A DNA stretch of 64,000 nt from Dehalococcoidia bacterium (GTDB taxonomy: Bacteria > Chloroflexota > Dehalococcoidia > Bin125): positions 960,001-1,024,000 of the forward strand of contig OY820591.1 of the NCBI GenBank assembly GCA_963555985.3. Reading direction: 5' to 3'. Positions 1-10,354 of the stretch are shown one piece after another (positions within the stretch are counted from its first letter, which is position 1; every line of letters starts with the position of its first letter). The translations under genes were made by a program, and so were the position numbers. The notes below the pieces were generated by a model. The model saw only the letters and a list, made by a program, of their open reading frames with translations, made no database searches and was not told the DNA's origin.

Positions 1-233
1 GCTGCTGCGGGATGGCCGGTTCGTTCGGGTTCGAGGCAGAGCACTACGAGCTCTCGCGGCAGATGGGAGAGCTGCGACTGTTCCCCGCGTTGCGGGCTAC
101 TCCGGCGGAAACGCCAGTGGCGATCACCGGAGTCTCCTGTCGTCAGCAGATCGGCCACTTCGCCGAGCGGGAAGCGCGGCACCTAGTGGAGTATCTGGCG
201 GAAGCTCTGAAGAGAGCGGAGGCAGTCCGATAA
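1..233 (+). CDS. 3' end of FAD-linked/Fe-S oxidoreductase (CCG cysteine-rich domain; YdiJ/GlcF-like), truncated by window edge
   Basis: Frame reads CCGMAGSFGFEAEHYELS...TGVSCRQQI, the typical C-terminal CCG-domain motifs. Confidence 0.8.
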   Translation, partial: CCGMAGSFGFEAEHYELSRQMGELRLFPALRATPAETPVAITGVSCRQQIGHFAEREARHLVEYLAEALKRAEAVR

Positions 234-316
234 GGGCCGCGGCGCTTGAACCCCGACCCGACCACTACCAACCTCCCCCCACCTCCCCTCTGTACCGCAC
301 GACGCACATCCCCCGC

Positions 317-350
317 TTGACCCCGACCAAGCAATGAAGTACATTTGTGC
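317..350 (+). promoter_or_regulatory. sigma70-like promoter overlapped by LexA-like palindrome (repeat element copy 1)
   Basis: TTGACC (317-322), 17 bp, TACATT (340-345); GTAC-ATTT-GTGC overlaps the -10; same layout at 5600-5633. Confidence 0.55.
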
Positions 351-409
351 ATACAGCCATCCCCGGCCCGAAGCTCGCCCGCACCCGTGCGCCCTGTCTG
401 GACACTCCC

Positions 410-590
410 CAACGACCGCTCCCGACACCAACCGACCAAGCCCGTCCAACACCGAACAAATTCGACCAAAACCGAACGAAATCGAACGCTCAAACTTGAC
501 AGGACTAACCACCGCCTACCACCCCGAACACACGATCTCCCGTAAAACACTGGGTTTCCTCCACCAGACCCGCCCGAAAAAAATTTCGGC
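410..590 (+). repeat. Dispersed element with 10-bp-period array and conserved tail, copy 1
   Basis: Units accgaacaaa/ttcgaccaaa/accgaacgaa/atcgaacgct, then ...gatctcccgtaaaacactgggtttcc...aaaaaaattt; homologous to 5690-5885 and 6031-6195. Confidence 0.8.
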
Positions 591-658
591 TGCCGACCCA
601 GCGCACGCCGAACAATCTCTCCTCCGACCAGCGTTCGTCCAACCCATGCCAACAGGCT

Positions 659-1561
659 CTAGAGCAGGAAACGTTTCGGCGCGCCGGACGGCTGGCGGCG
701 GAAGTTCTCGATCAGGAGTCGTTGACGGCCTTGATCGATGATCCAACTGGCGCGGCAGCGGCGGGCGTCGCCCAAAATCGTCTGCGCTTGGCGGTGCAAG
801 CGCTGGTAAGTGGCGCGGTCGTCGGCCTCAACGCCGAAGAGGCCGCTGCCGACCGCGAAGCGGCATTGGCGATCCTGAATCACGATCTGCCAGCCCAAGA
901 GCAACTGCGCCCAGCCGAGGTGGAAGGAGCTGTCCGCCCAGTTGACGAGCAAGCGCTTGTCGTGCGACTCCGATGCGGTCAGCAAGGCGGACGCGCCAAA
1001 GTGCGAGCGTCCAAGTTCGCTGGCCGCGCGGTAAGCGTCCGCCGTCTCCGGCGCCATCGCGATCTGCTGGCCGGCCATGTATTGGCCCATGCCGATCTCG
1101 GTGGCGTGATGTTCGGCGTTGTTCGACCAGGCCTCCCGCAGCCAATCCTCGAACTCGATCTGCTCTTCGCCGACTACAGCCTGCTCCGCCCCCAGCCATT
1201 CCAGCGCCGCGCGGATCAGCGGCAGACAGCTGCCATACGAGGCGCGGCTGGTCATCGCAAGCAGGTCGATCCCGGCCCGATGCACGCGCGACCAGAACAG
1301 CAGCGCCGAGGCGTAGGTTCGCTTGCGGTAACGGCTGTGCGAGCTCTGTTCGACGATCTGGCGCTGGAGCGCAAGCGCGTCGAGCAACCAGCGCTGATCC
1401 AGCCCCAGCGCGAACGAGGTCTCGCGCAAGGCGTCGCGCACCGTCTGCGGCTCATCCTCTTGCGGCTTGGGCAGGGTCAGCGGCTCGGTTGGGAAGGTGA
1501 TCGGCGAGATGCGCTGGCGCGGAGGCTCCCGCGCCGCTTCATCAGCGCTCACGGCCCGCAT
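659..1561 (-). CDS. hypothetical protein (alpha-helical; possibly DUF5677-like)
   Basis: 300-aa ORF with normal composition, overlapping the upstream gene by 20 nt; LIRAALE and Y..AS...H motifs. Confidence 0.7.
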   Translation of the reverse strand: MRAVSADEAAREPPRQRISPITFPTEPLTLPKPQEDEPQTVRDALRETSFALGLDQRWLLDALALQRQIVEQSSHSRYRKRTYASALLFWSRVHRAGIDLLAMTSRASYGSCLPLIRAALEWLGAEQAVVGEEQIEFEDWLREAWSNNAEHHATEIGMGQYMAGQQIAMAPETADAYRAASELGRSHFGASALLTASESHDKRLLVNWADSSFHLGWAQLLLGWQIVIQDRQCRFAVGSGLFGVEADDRATYQRLHRQAQTILGDARRCRASWIIDQGRQRLLIENFRRQPSGAPKRFLL

Positions 1562-2066
1562 CCTTCTTCGGCGCGGCGAGCAGCGACTCCAGCCAGCCCA
1601 ACAAGCGCTCGCTCTGGACTTCGACGTAGGGCCGATCGGGATGCCAGGCCCAGAGTTCGCGCACCACTTCGAGCGTGGACCAAACGCTGCCGTCGCCGCT
1701 CTCGGAGATCTGCACCAAACGGCGCGCCACGTCGTCGGCCGTCCAAACCAACGGGCGCTCGTAATCCAGCATCCGCGTCGCCTGAGTCAGGGCACGGATC
1801 CAGCGGTCAACCGTGTCGAAGGCGACTTTGCGATCCATCAGCAGCGCCCGCAGGGCCAGCACTTCGGGCAGATCGACCACTCGCGCGGGCGGACGATCGG
1901 GCGGGGGAACGGGTTCCGGGCCGTCGTCGTCGGGCAGGTTGGCTTGCGCCCAAGTCTCGCTGGGCACGCGCCGCAATTCGCGGTAGACGAGCGCGCCGCC
2001 CGCGCCCGCTTCCCACCATCGCCGCAGGCGCTCATGGCGCAGTTCCGAGCTCGCAGTCGTGGTCAC
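1542..2066 (-). CDS. hypothetical protein
   Basis: 174-aa ORF, GTG start 6 nt after a TAACCT -10 box, coupled to the downstream ORF. Confidence 0.7.
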   Translation of the reverse strand: MTTTASSELRHERLRRWWEAGAGGALVYRELRRVPSETWAQANLPDDDGPEPVPPPDRPPARVVDLPEVLALRALLMDRKVAFDTVDRWIRALTQATRMLDYERPLVWTADDVARRLVQISESGDGSVWSTLEVVRELWAWHPDRPYVEVQSERLLGWLESLLAAPKKDAGRER

Positions 2067-2358
2067 GTGGGCAGGTTACCGCAGAGAATCAGCGCGCCGA
2101 TTGGAGGACGGGAGGAACAGGGTCATGGGCGGGTTATGCACAGACGCGATCCAGTTGACGGATCGCGGGATTTACGTCAGTAACGGGATGCCGTCAGAGT
2201 TGACATTCCCATCCCCTCGATTCGTTCTGACCAGATTGAGACACGGGTGGAAACGGGTCTAGAGCGGATGCACACCGCTGGGAGCCAGAGGGCTGCGCCA
2301 TGCGGCAAACGCACGTGCGCGATGCATCCGCATCCATTCCCCGAACAGGACAGACTCG

Positions 2359-3261
2359 ATGGAACGCGAAATTCAACAGTTCCTGACCTACATGGCCGCC
2401 GAGAAAGGCTCCTCAGCCAACACCATCTCCGCCTATCGCAACGACCTCGCGCAACTGCGCGCCTACTTCCTGGAGCACGGCGACCCGGGTCAGACGATCG
2501 CCGAGATCGACGCCGAGCAACTGCACGACTACGTCTCCCACCTGCGCGCGCAGGACTACGCGCAGGCGACCGTGGCGCGCAAGGTGGCGGCGGTCAAGAG
2601 TCTGTTCACCTATCTCAAGGGCGAAGGCCTGGTCGAAGACAATCCGGCCGAACAGCTGGCCTCGCCGCGAGTCGGTCGAACGCTCCCGCGAACGCTGACG
2701 GTGGAGGAGGTGGACGCGCTGCTGGAGCAGCCGGGACGGCGCAACACGCCGGAGTCGGTCCGCGATCAGGCGATGCTGGAACTGCTCTACGCGACCGGAA
2801 TGCGGGTCTCGGAGTTCGTCTCGCTGGACCTGCGCTCAATCGAGTTGCACAACCGTCAGGCTTCGGTGCGTTGCGTGGGCAAAGGTCGGCGGGAGCGCCT
2901 AATCCCGATTCACTCGACGGCGGTGACGGCGCTGCACAGCTACCTCCAAAACGCGCGCCCGCAACTCTGCCGAGGCCGGCGCGAGGTCGCCCTCTTCATC
3001 AATCGGCGCGGGGAGCGGCTGACGCGGCAAGGAGTCTGGCTGATCATCAAGAACTACGCCAAAGAGGCCGAGATTACCGGGGTCACCCCGCACACGCTGC
3101 GGCACTCCTTTGCCACCCACCTGCTGCGCGGCAACGCGCCCCTGCGCAACGTGCAGGAGTTGATGGGTCACCGCAGCATCTCCACGACCCAGGTCTATAC
3201 CCACTTGACAGACCCGGATCTCCGCCACGTCTACGATCGCGCGCATCCACGAGCGAGCTGA
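2359..3261 (+). CDS. xerD: site-specific tyrosine recombinase XerD
   Basis: LELLYATGMRVSE, GKG, TPHTLRHSFATHLL, LMGH, STTQVYTH; N-terminal SANTISAYRNDL. Confidence 0.9.
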   Translation: MEREIQQFLTYMAAEKGSSANTISAYRNDLAQLRAYFLEHGDPGQTIAEIDAEQLHDYVSHLRAQDYAQATVARKVAAVKSLFTYLKGEGLVEDNPAEQLASPRVGRTLPRTLTVEEVDALLEQPGRRNTPESVRDQAMLELLYATGMRVSEFVSLDLRSIELHNRQASVRCVGKGRRERLIPIHSTAVTALHSYLQNARPQLCRGRREVALFINRRGERLTRQGVWLIIKNYAKEAEITGVTPHTLRHSFATHLLRGNAPLRNVQELMGHRSISTTQVYTHLTDPDLRHVYDRAHPRAS

Positions 3262-3314
3262 GGCAGTCTCTGTCCTCCGGCCGCCCCCCCTGCACTTCGT
3301 GACATCCCCACCTC

Positions 3315-3505
3315 TGGAGACCTGTGCAACATCCCCATATCCGTCATTCCCGCGCAGCCTGCCCCTGGACTGAACAGGGGGCGGGAATCTCGAAGCAACC
3401 AAGTGTGAAACCACTCCCAATCTGGTCGTACCACCGACCTCACATCGCACGATCCGCTCCTCCGAGGCCCCAACGCGCCAGGATGGACTGTTGCACAGGT
3501 CTCCA
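3315..3505. mobile_element. 191-bp MITE-like element with perfect 17-bp terminal inverted repeats enclosing a CGTC-type REP hairpin
   Basis: TGGAGACCTGTGCAACA (3315-3331) and its exact reverse complement (3489-3505); internal sequence recurs at 6201-6349 and 39119-39252. Confidence 0.75.
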
Positions 3506-3614
3506 AACGCGGGAATCCAGCCTCCGCATCTGCCCAGCAAGGGACGCCTCGTCGAAACAGACGTCTTGCAACCGCGCCGCGCATGATCAGCCGGAATTGC
3601 CTCTGCCCGCAGAA

Positions 3615-5510
3615 CTAATCCTTTGACTTGGTTCGCACCGCCGCCGCGTGGATATCGCTCAGGTTCCTGGTGCCGGTCGCGTCCGACAGGAAGGTCCGGA
3701 ACACGTGCGTCAGGACGCCGCTGGACCCGCCGTCGCCGGAGAGCGTCACCACCCCAAACCCGGGGCAACTGCCCAAGGCGGCGTGCTTCACCGTGATCGG
3801 ATTCGACCCTCGGAAGGAGACCACAATCATTCGGCCATCGGGACTAATGTCCACGAGATCCGGGGCGGGATCGTCATTGAATTCATACCCTTCATCGTTC
3901 AAATCAACGAATGGCGCCCCCTCCCCGACGCAGTAGCCCGACCCGGTCAGGTCCACAGTGCCGACATGCGCGGCCGCCTGCTCTGCCAGTGTTGCGGCGG
4001 GATCATTGACGATCTTGCCGATATCGAACACCTCCGCGTTGTTCTGGATGCGGTCGAACTGATACAGAAAGCGTCCGTTGGCCGAAACAGTCATGCCGTG
4101 CGCATCCCGGCGCGCCGCCAGTTCCGCCTCGTCGACAATGTTCAGCGTCTTCTCTTGGTAGAACGTCACCACCGGCGGCGTATTCGGCGCGGTGTGCGGG
4201 TTCGCTCCGTCCGGGTAGTCCAGCGGCAGCCGGTACATGATGAACGTCGAATCATCCGCCCCCGCGCCGCTGGCCGAGACGCCCGCGTTCAGGTGCATGA
4301 AGCCGCCCGCCTCCACCCCGCCGCAACCGGCAGCGCTGATCACGTCACTGGTGTATTCCGCCACAATCGACATCGGCTCCGTTGTGATGTCCACCACGAA
4401 CAGACCGCCGCCGCCGAACGTGACGTAGGCGTGCTGATTGTTGCTGCTGGGAATCGGACACACCACGACGTTGTTGCCCCGCCCCGCCCCCTCCTTGAGC
4501 GCGCCGCTCGGCGTCGTCGTCGGTTGGAAGTTGGCGTATTCGCCGCTCACCTGGCCGCCGGGCAAGGTCGAATCTGCCTCCGCCTCCATCGCGGTCAGGT
4601 CCCGCCCGCCGACCAGGTCCAGGGTGGCGGACTTGTTAAACGTGAAGGTGTCCGTCTCCGTGTCGTAATCGATCCGCTCCAGCAGCTTGGCCCCCAGATT
4701 GGCCACAATCAGCTTGCTGCCGTCCGCAGTGAAGAACGACATGTGATTCGAGGGAGCCGATCCCTCCGGGCCGGTGGTGCGGAAGAGCGCCTTGCCCAGC
4801 TTCGCCGCCTCTTCCGGATCGCCCGAAATCCGCCGGCATTCCCGCAGACCGTCGCCCAACTGAGTGCATTGTCCCTCCGCATCGATAATCCCGACCATCC
4901 CCGCCCCCGGGCCGAAGAAGTTGACGCTCACATAGCGATGCGTCGGAGGGTGCATCAGCATCCCGTGCAAGCGTCTGACCCTCACCCCCAATTCTTCATA
5001 GGCGGACGGGAACACATCGACAGCCTCGATCACGGTCGGCCCGTAGTCCGGGTCGTCTTCGGCATACCAACCGGGCGGAGCGGCGAGAATGTCGCTGCTC
5101 TCGTAAATCAGGATGCGACCGCCATAGCTCCCCGACGGATTGTCGGCGTCGATGCCGGCGCTGTCCGCCTGATCCGACAACCACACTTCCCAGCCTCTGG
5201 CAGCGCGTTCGACTTCCCTGACCACCTCGACTGCCGGGCCGCTGACCGTCACGCTCGAGCTGGCCAGCCAGCGCCCCACGCTCGCGTCGGCTGGCAAAAT
5301 CCGCGCATCGGGACGAATCAGAGTCGCGTCCCAGCCACCGTCGGCGTCGCGCTGTTGCAGCGCCACCTCGACATCGCCGTCGGCCTGCGGCCGCGCGACG
5401 ATCCGCGTCTCAATGTTGCTCTGCCGCGCCTGCCCGAGGACCAAACCGCCAACGCCGATCAGCACCACCGCAACCCAACCCAGAACCGTCAACTTGCTCG
5501 GATTCCTCAT
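3615..5510 (-). CDS. exported protein: signal peptide + shared ~55-aa module + probable beta-propeller domain
   Basis: Hydrophobic N-terminus; module at aa 34-89; beta-strand repeats such as HMSFFTADGSKLIVAN, HGMTVSANGRFLYQ, PDLVDISPDGRMIVVS. Confidence 0.8.
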   Translation of the reverse strand: MRNPSKLTVLGWVAVVLIGVGGLVLGQARQSNIETRIVARPQADGDVEVALQQRDADGGWDATLIRPDARILPADASVGRWLASSSVTVSGPAVEVVREVERAARGWEVWLSDQADSAGIDADNPSGSYGGRILIYESSDILAAPPGWYAEDDPDYGPTVIEAVDVFPSAYEELGVRVRRLHGMLMHPPTHRYVSVNFFGPGAGMVGIIDAEGQCTQLGDGLRECRRISGDPEEAAKLGKALFRTTGPEGSAPSNHMSFFTADGSKLIVANLGAKLLERIDYDTETDTFTFNKSATLDLVGGRDLTAMEAEADSTLPGGQVSGEYANFQPTTTPSGALKEGAGRGNNVVVCPIPSSNNQHAYVTFGGGGLFVVDITTEPMSIVAEYTSDVISAAGCGGVEAGGFMHLNAGVSASGAGADDSTFIMYRLPLDYPDGANPHTAPNTPPVVTFYQEKTLNIVDEAELAARRDAHGMTVSANGRFLYQFDRIQNNAEVFDIGKIVNDPAATLAEQAAAHVGTVDLTGSGYCVGEGAPFVDLNDEGYEFNDDPAPDLVDISPDGRMIVVSFRGSNPITVKHAALGSCPGFGVVTLSGDGGSSGVLTHVFRTFLSDATGTRNLSDIHAAAVRTKSKD

Positions 5511-5599
5511 GAAAACATCTCCCGTTCTGTCCTATCCACCGCCAGTGGCTTGCAGTCTAGGTCTGTCACACACGCTGTCCGAGCGCTGAAGGCGGTAGC

Positions 5600-5633
5600 T
5601 TGACCGATCCCGATATACACAGTACATTTGTAC
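5600..5633 (+). promoter_or_regulatory. sigma70-like promoter overlapped by LexA-like palindrome (repeat element copy 2)
   Basis: TTGACC (5600-5605), 17 bp, TACATT (5623-5628); GTAC-ATTT-GTAC. Confidence 0.55.
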
Positions 5634-5689
5634 GTGACACCTGAATCCGGAGCCGTCTCATGCCCGCTCACCCGCCCCAGCCAACTGTC

Positions 5690-5885
5690 AGCGACCGCTC
5701 TCGATCCCAACGCGCCAGACTCAAACGACACCGAACGAGACCGCACGCAATCGAACGGAATCGAACAAAATCGAACGCATTCGACCATCCAGACTTTCCA
5801 ACACCTTCCACCCCGATCGCACCATCTCCCGCAAAACACTGGATTTCCGCACCCGATCGCCCAAAAAGTTTTTCCGACCTTCCAC
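5690..5885 (+). repeat. 10-bp-period array element, copy 2
   Basis: Seven units tcaaacgaca/ccgaacgaga/ccgcacgcaa/tcgaacggaa/tcgaacaaaa/tcgaacgcat/tcgaccatcc (5721-5790) plus conserved tail. Confidence 0.85.
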
Positions 5886-5937
5886 CGCCCCGGAGCCTGT
5901 CCCCGCGAAAGGGGTCGACACCGTTGCAAAACTCCGC

Positions 5938-5990
5938 TCTCCTCTCCCCCCCTTGCGGGGGGAGATGTCACGTAGTGACAGGGGGGGTCC
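5938..5990. repeat. double-hairpin REP-like element (CCTCTCCCCCC..GGGGGGAGATGTCAC..GTGACAG)
   Basis: Related copies at 39255-39330, 40140-40211, 41875-41932, 58076-58123, 60647-60682. Confidence 0.75.
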
Positions 5991-6030
5991 CCTCTGCACC
6001 TGGCAGATGAGATCACACAGTGACAGCAAT

Positions 6031-6195
6031 CACGCCAAACGACACCGGACGACACCGAACGAGACCGAACGCAATCGAACAAAATCGAACGCATTCGACC
6101 ACCCAAACTTTCCGCCACCTTCCACCCCGATCGCACGATCGCCCGCAAAACACTGGGTTTCCACACCCGATCGCCCGAATTTTTTTCTGACTTTC
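6031..6195 (+). repeat. 10-bp-period array element, copy 3
   Basis: Near-identical to 5721-5885 (gacaccgaac/gagaccgaac/gcaatcgaac/aaaatcgaac/gcattcgacc plus tail). Confidence 0.85.
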
Positions 6196-6200
6196 CACCG

Positions 6201-6349
6201 CCCATATCCGTCATTCCCGCGCAGGCGGGAATCTCGAAGCAACCAAGTCCGAAGCCACCTCTACATCTGGTCGTACCACCGACCTCGCATCGCGTGATCC
6301 GCTCCTCCGAGGCCCCAACATGCCAGGATGGGCTTTCGCAACGCTCTCC
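6201..6349. repeat. second copy of the 3315-3505 element, with an un-nested CGTCATTCCCGCGCAGGCGGGAATC hairpin
   Basis: Shares ctcgaagcaaccaagt...tctggtcgtaccaccgacctc...gatccgctcctccgaggccccaac. Confidence 0.8.
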
Positions 6350-6421
6350 GCAGTCGGAAATGACGGAAGCGGAAGACCGGCGGCTTCTGAGCCATCCCCC
6401 ATACTGCGGAGGCAGAGCTGA

Positions 6422-7771
<1,350 letters not shown>

Positions 7772-7783
7772 GGCGCAGTTGCG

Positions 7784-9733
7784 CTACAACTCGGCCTTGA
7801 GCTGTTCGGCCAAGCGCTTGGTCATACCCGGAGTAGCGGCGAGATCTGCGATTTCGGCCTCCCGCATCGCCTGGAGCGAGCCGAATTTGCGCATCAGCGC
7901 CTTCTTGCGGCGGGGGCCGATGCCCTTGATCCGATCGAGCGTGCTCTGCGAGGAGCGGCGTGAGCGGAGGCGGCGGTGGTAGGAGATAGCGAAGCGGTGG
8001 GCTTCGTCGCGGATGCGCTGCACGAGGTAGAGGCCCTGGGAGCGCCGGTCGAGCCGGACCGGATCGGCGGCGTCAACGAGGAAGAGCAGTTCCTCCCGCT
8101 TGGCCAGACCGGCCAGGGGAATGTCGTCGAGCGCGAGATTGCGCATCACGTCGTGGGCAGCGGAGACCTGGCCCTTGCCGCCGTCGACAATCACAAGATC
8201 GGGGATCGCGCCCCAGCCTTCCGACTCGGCTTCTTCGCTGGATTCTTCAGGTTGCGCGTCAGCCTGATCGTCGGTCACGTTGTGTTCGGCCAGCCGCTGG
8301 GCGCGGCGTTCTTCACCGAGGCGGCGGAAGCGGCGTTGGATCACTTCGGCCATCGAGGCGAAGTCGTTGGGGCCGTCGGAGGTGTCAACCGTCTTGATGC
8401 GGAAGCGGCGGTATTCGCGGGTGGCGGGGCGGCCGTCGAGGAAGACGACCATCGAGGCGACGACATCGGAGCCTTGGGTGTTGGAGATGTCGTAGCACTC
8501 GATCCGGCGCGGCGCGGCGGGCAGGCTGAGCGCTTCTTCGAGTTCGCTGAGGGCGGATTCGGTGCGGCCGCGGTCGGCGAGCCAACGAACGCGCGACATT
8601 TGCAGGGTCTCGGCCGCATTTTCGCTCGCCATCTGGACGAGCCGACGTTTCTCGCCCCGCTGCGGATGCCGGACTTCCACGTTCGAGCCGCGGCGCTCGG
8701 AGAGCCAGGCGCGGAGCAGTTCGGGTTCGTCGATCTGATCGGGGATCAACACGAGTCGCGGTACTCCGACCGCGCCTTCGTAGTACTGGCGCAGGAAGGA
8801 GGCAAGCACAGCGCTGAACGGTTCGTCGCGGACGCCGGCGAGAGAGAAGTGGTCGCTGCCGGTCATGTTGTTCCCGCGAATGAAGAGCACCTGAACGACC
8901 GCTTCGTCGCCGTCAAGGGCGACTCCGAAAGCATCGATCTCGGAGGCGGCGCCCTTGGATTGGGCGGTGGCGGTGAGTTGGGATTCGGTGACTCGCTCGA
9001 CGGCTTCGATTTGGTCTCTGAGTTTGGCGGCGCGCTCGAAGTCGAGTTGTTCGGCAGCCTCAGTCATGGCGGATCGAAGTTGGCTAGCGACTTCGTTGCT
9101 CTTGCCGTCGAGGAAGAGCATGGTCTGGTTGATGACCTCGCGGTATTCGTCCTCGGTGCAGTAGGCGGTGCAGGGGGCGATGCAGCGGCGGATGTAGTAC
9201 TCGAGGCAGGGGCGGGGGTCGGTGCCGGTGATCACCTTGTCGCAGGAGCGCCAGGGGAAGAGCTTCTTGACCAGATCGAGCGAGGTGCGGACGGATTTGG
9301 CGGAGGCGTAAGGGCCGAAGTAGCGGGCGCCGTCGTTGTGGACGCGGCGGGTGATCGTGACTCGGGGCCAGGGTTCGTTGAGATCGATCTTGAGGTAGGG
9401 GTAGTGCTTGTCGTCCTTGAGGCGGACATTGAAGAGGGGTTGATGGCGCTTGACCAGCGTGGCTTCGAGGTGAAGGGCGTCCTGTTCGGTTTGAGTAGTG
9501 ACGTATTCGATGGCGGCGATCTTGCGGGCGAGGTTGCGAGTCTTGCCTTCGAGCGAGCGGGGCGCGCCGAAGTAGGAGCGGACCCGGGAGCGGAGATTGG
9601 CGGCTTTGCCGACGTAGAGCACGCTGCCGGCCGCGTCGCGGAAGGTGTAGACGCCGGGACGAGTAGGGAGGGCGGCGACTTCGGCGCGGAGGCGGGAGCG
9701 AAGATCGTCAGTGATTTCTGTCGGTCGCGTCAT
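7784..9733 (-). CDS. uvrC: excinuclease ABC subunit C
   Basis: GIY-YIG (PGVY..LYVGKA.NLRSRVRSYF), UVR domain, RIECYDISN, PDLVIVDGGKGQ, RIRDEAHRFA, HhH. Confidence 0.97.
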   Translation of the reverse strand: MTRPTEITDDLRSRLRAEVAALPTRPGVYTFRDAAGSVLYVGKAANLRSRVRSYFGAPRSLEGKTRNLARKIAAIEYVTTQTEQDALHLEATLVKRHQPLFNVRLKDDKHYPYLKIDLNEPWPRVTITRRVHNDGARYFGPYASAKSVRTSLDLVKKLFPWRSCDKVITGTDPRPCLEYYIRRCIAPCTAYCTEDEYREVINQTMLFLDGKSNEVASQLRSAMTEAAEQLDFERAAKLRDQIEAVERVTESQLTATAQSKGAASEIDAFGVALDGDEAVVQVLFIRGNNMTGSDHFSLAGVRDEPFSAVLASFLRQYYEGAVGVPRLVLIPDQIDEPELLRAWLSERRGSNVEVRHPQRGEKRRLVQMASENAAETLQMSRVRWLADRGRTESALSELEEALSLPAAPRRIECYDISNTQGSDVVASMVVFLDGRPATREYRRFRIKTVDTSDGPNDFASMAEVIQRRFRRLGEERRAQRLAEHNVTDDQADAQPEESSEEAESEGWGAIPDLVIVDGGKGQVSAAHDVMRNLALDDIPLAGLAKREELLFLVDAADPVRLDRRSQGLYLVQRIRDEAHRFAISYHRRLRSRRSSQSTLDRIKGIGPRRKKALMRKFGSLQAMREAEIADLAATPGMTKRLAEQLKAEL

Positions 9734-9762
9734 AAGCTGAGATTAGGCGACACGGGACGGTT

Positions 9763-9836
9763 GCGGGTATCTCGCTGTGATTTGCGCCGTCGCCGCCAGT
9801 ACCGCGAGATTGCCGCGGCGGAGCACGGCAATGACG
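9763..9836. repeat. left-truncated inverted REP doublet
   Basis: gcgggtatctcgc...gagattgccgcggcggagcacggcaatgacg; complete version at 63019-63111. Confidence 0.65.
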
Positions 9837-9891
9837 AATAATCGATTTGCTCGTGGGTGTCCGAGGAAGGAAGCGAGTGATGGTATGGGAG

Positions 9892-9968
9892 TGGCGCGCC
9901 CGGCAGGACTTGAACCTGCGACCTCTGCCTCCGCAGGGCAGCGCTCTCATCCGCTGAGCTACGGGCGC
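9892..9968 (-). tRNA. tRNA-Arg(GCG)
   Basis: GCGCCCGTAGCTCAG...CTGCC-CT-GCG-GA-GGCAG...GTTCAAGTCC...CCA. Confidence 0.93.
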
Positions 9969-9989
9969 GTGTGGAACGAAGGGAGCGAT

Positions 9990-10076
<87 letters not shown>

Positions 10077-10121
10077 GCTGCTGTGCTCCCGAGTGCCGCC
10101 CTCCCCCGGCGGCGTGCAGTC

Positions 10122-10198
10122 TGGTGGGCGATGCAGGACTTGAACCTGCGGCCTCTCGGATGTGAACCGAACGCTCTAGCCAGCTGAGCTAATCGCCC
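10122..10198 (-). tRNA. tRNA-Val(CAC)
   Basis: GGGCGATTAGCTCAG...TTCGG-TT-CAC-AT-CCGAG...CCA. Confidence 0.95.
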
Positions 10199-10246
10199 GC
10201 ACCCCTGCTGCGCGTCCGCTGCGGCCGGCCGCGCCGGCGGCGGTGC

Positions 10247-10322
10247 TGGTAGCAGCGGCAGGACTCGAACCTGCGACACGGGGCTTATGAGTCCCCTGCT
10301 CTGCCAACTGAGCTACGCTGCC
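10247..10322 (-). tRNA. tRNA with CAT anticodon (probably elongator Met; Ile2 not excluded)
   Basis: GGCAGCGTAGCTCAG...GGGGA-CT-CAT-AA-GCCCC...CCA; lacks the initiator C1:A72 mismatch. Confidence 0.9.
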
Positions 10323-10354
10323 ACGCGCTCCAAACCGCTGTTTCAGGCTCACTC

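Noticed and set aside
334-741. ORFs spanning the intergenic repeats (also 5507-6616, 57849-58463)
   Set aside because: Low complexity, frames not conserved between copies, and no recognisable domain
2359-3261. Phage or island integrase
   Set aside because: Sequence is a canonical ~300-aa XerD; I saw no att sites, phage genes or dif site
5721-6100. Possible CRISPR array or replication origin
   Set aside because: Units are contiguous 10-mers without unique spacers; no cas genes; I saw no DnaA boxes, dnaA or rep gene
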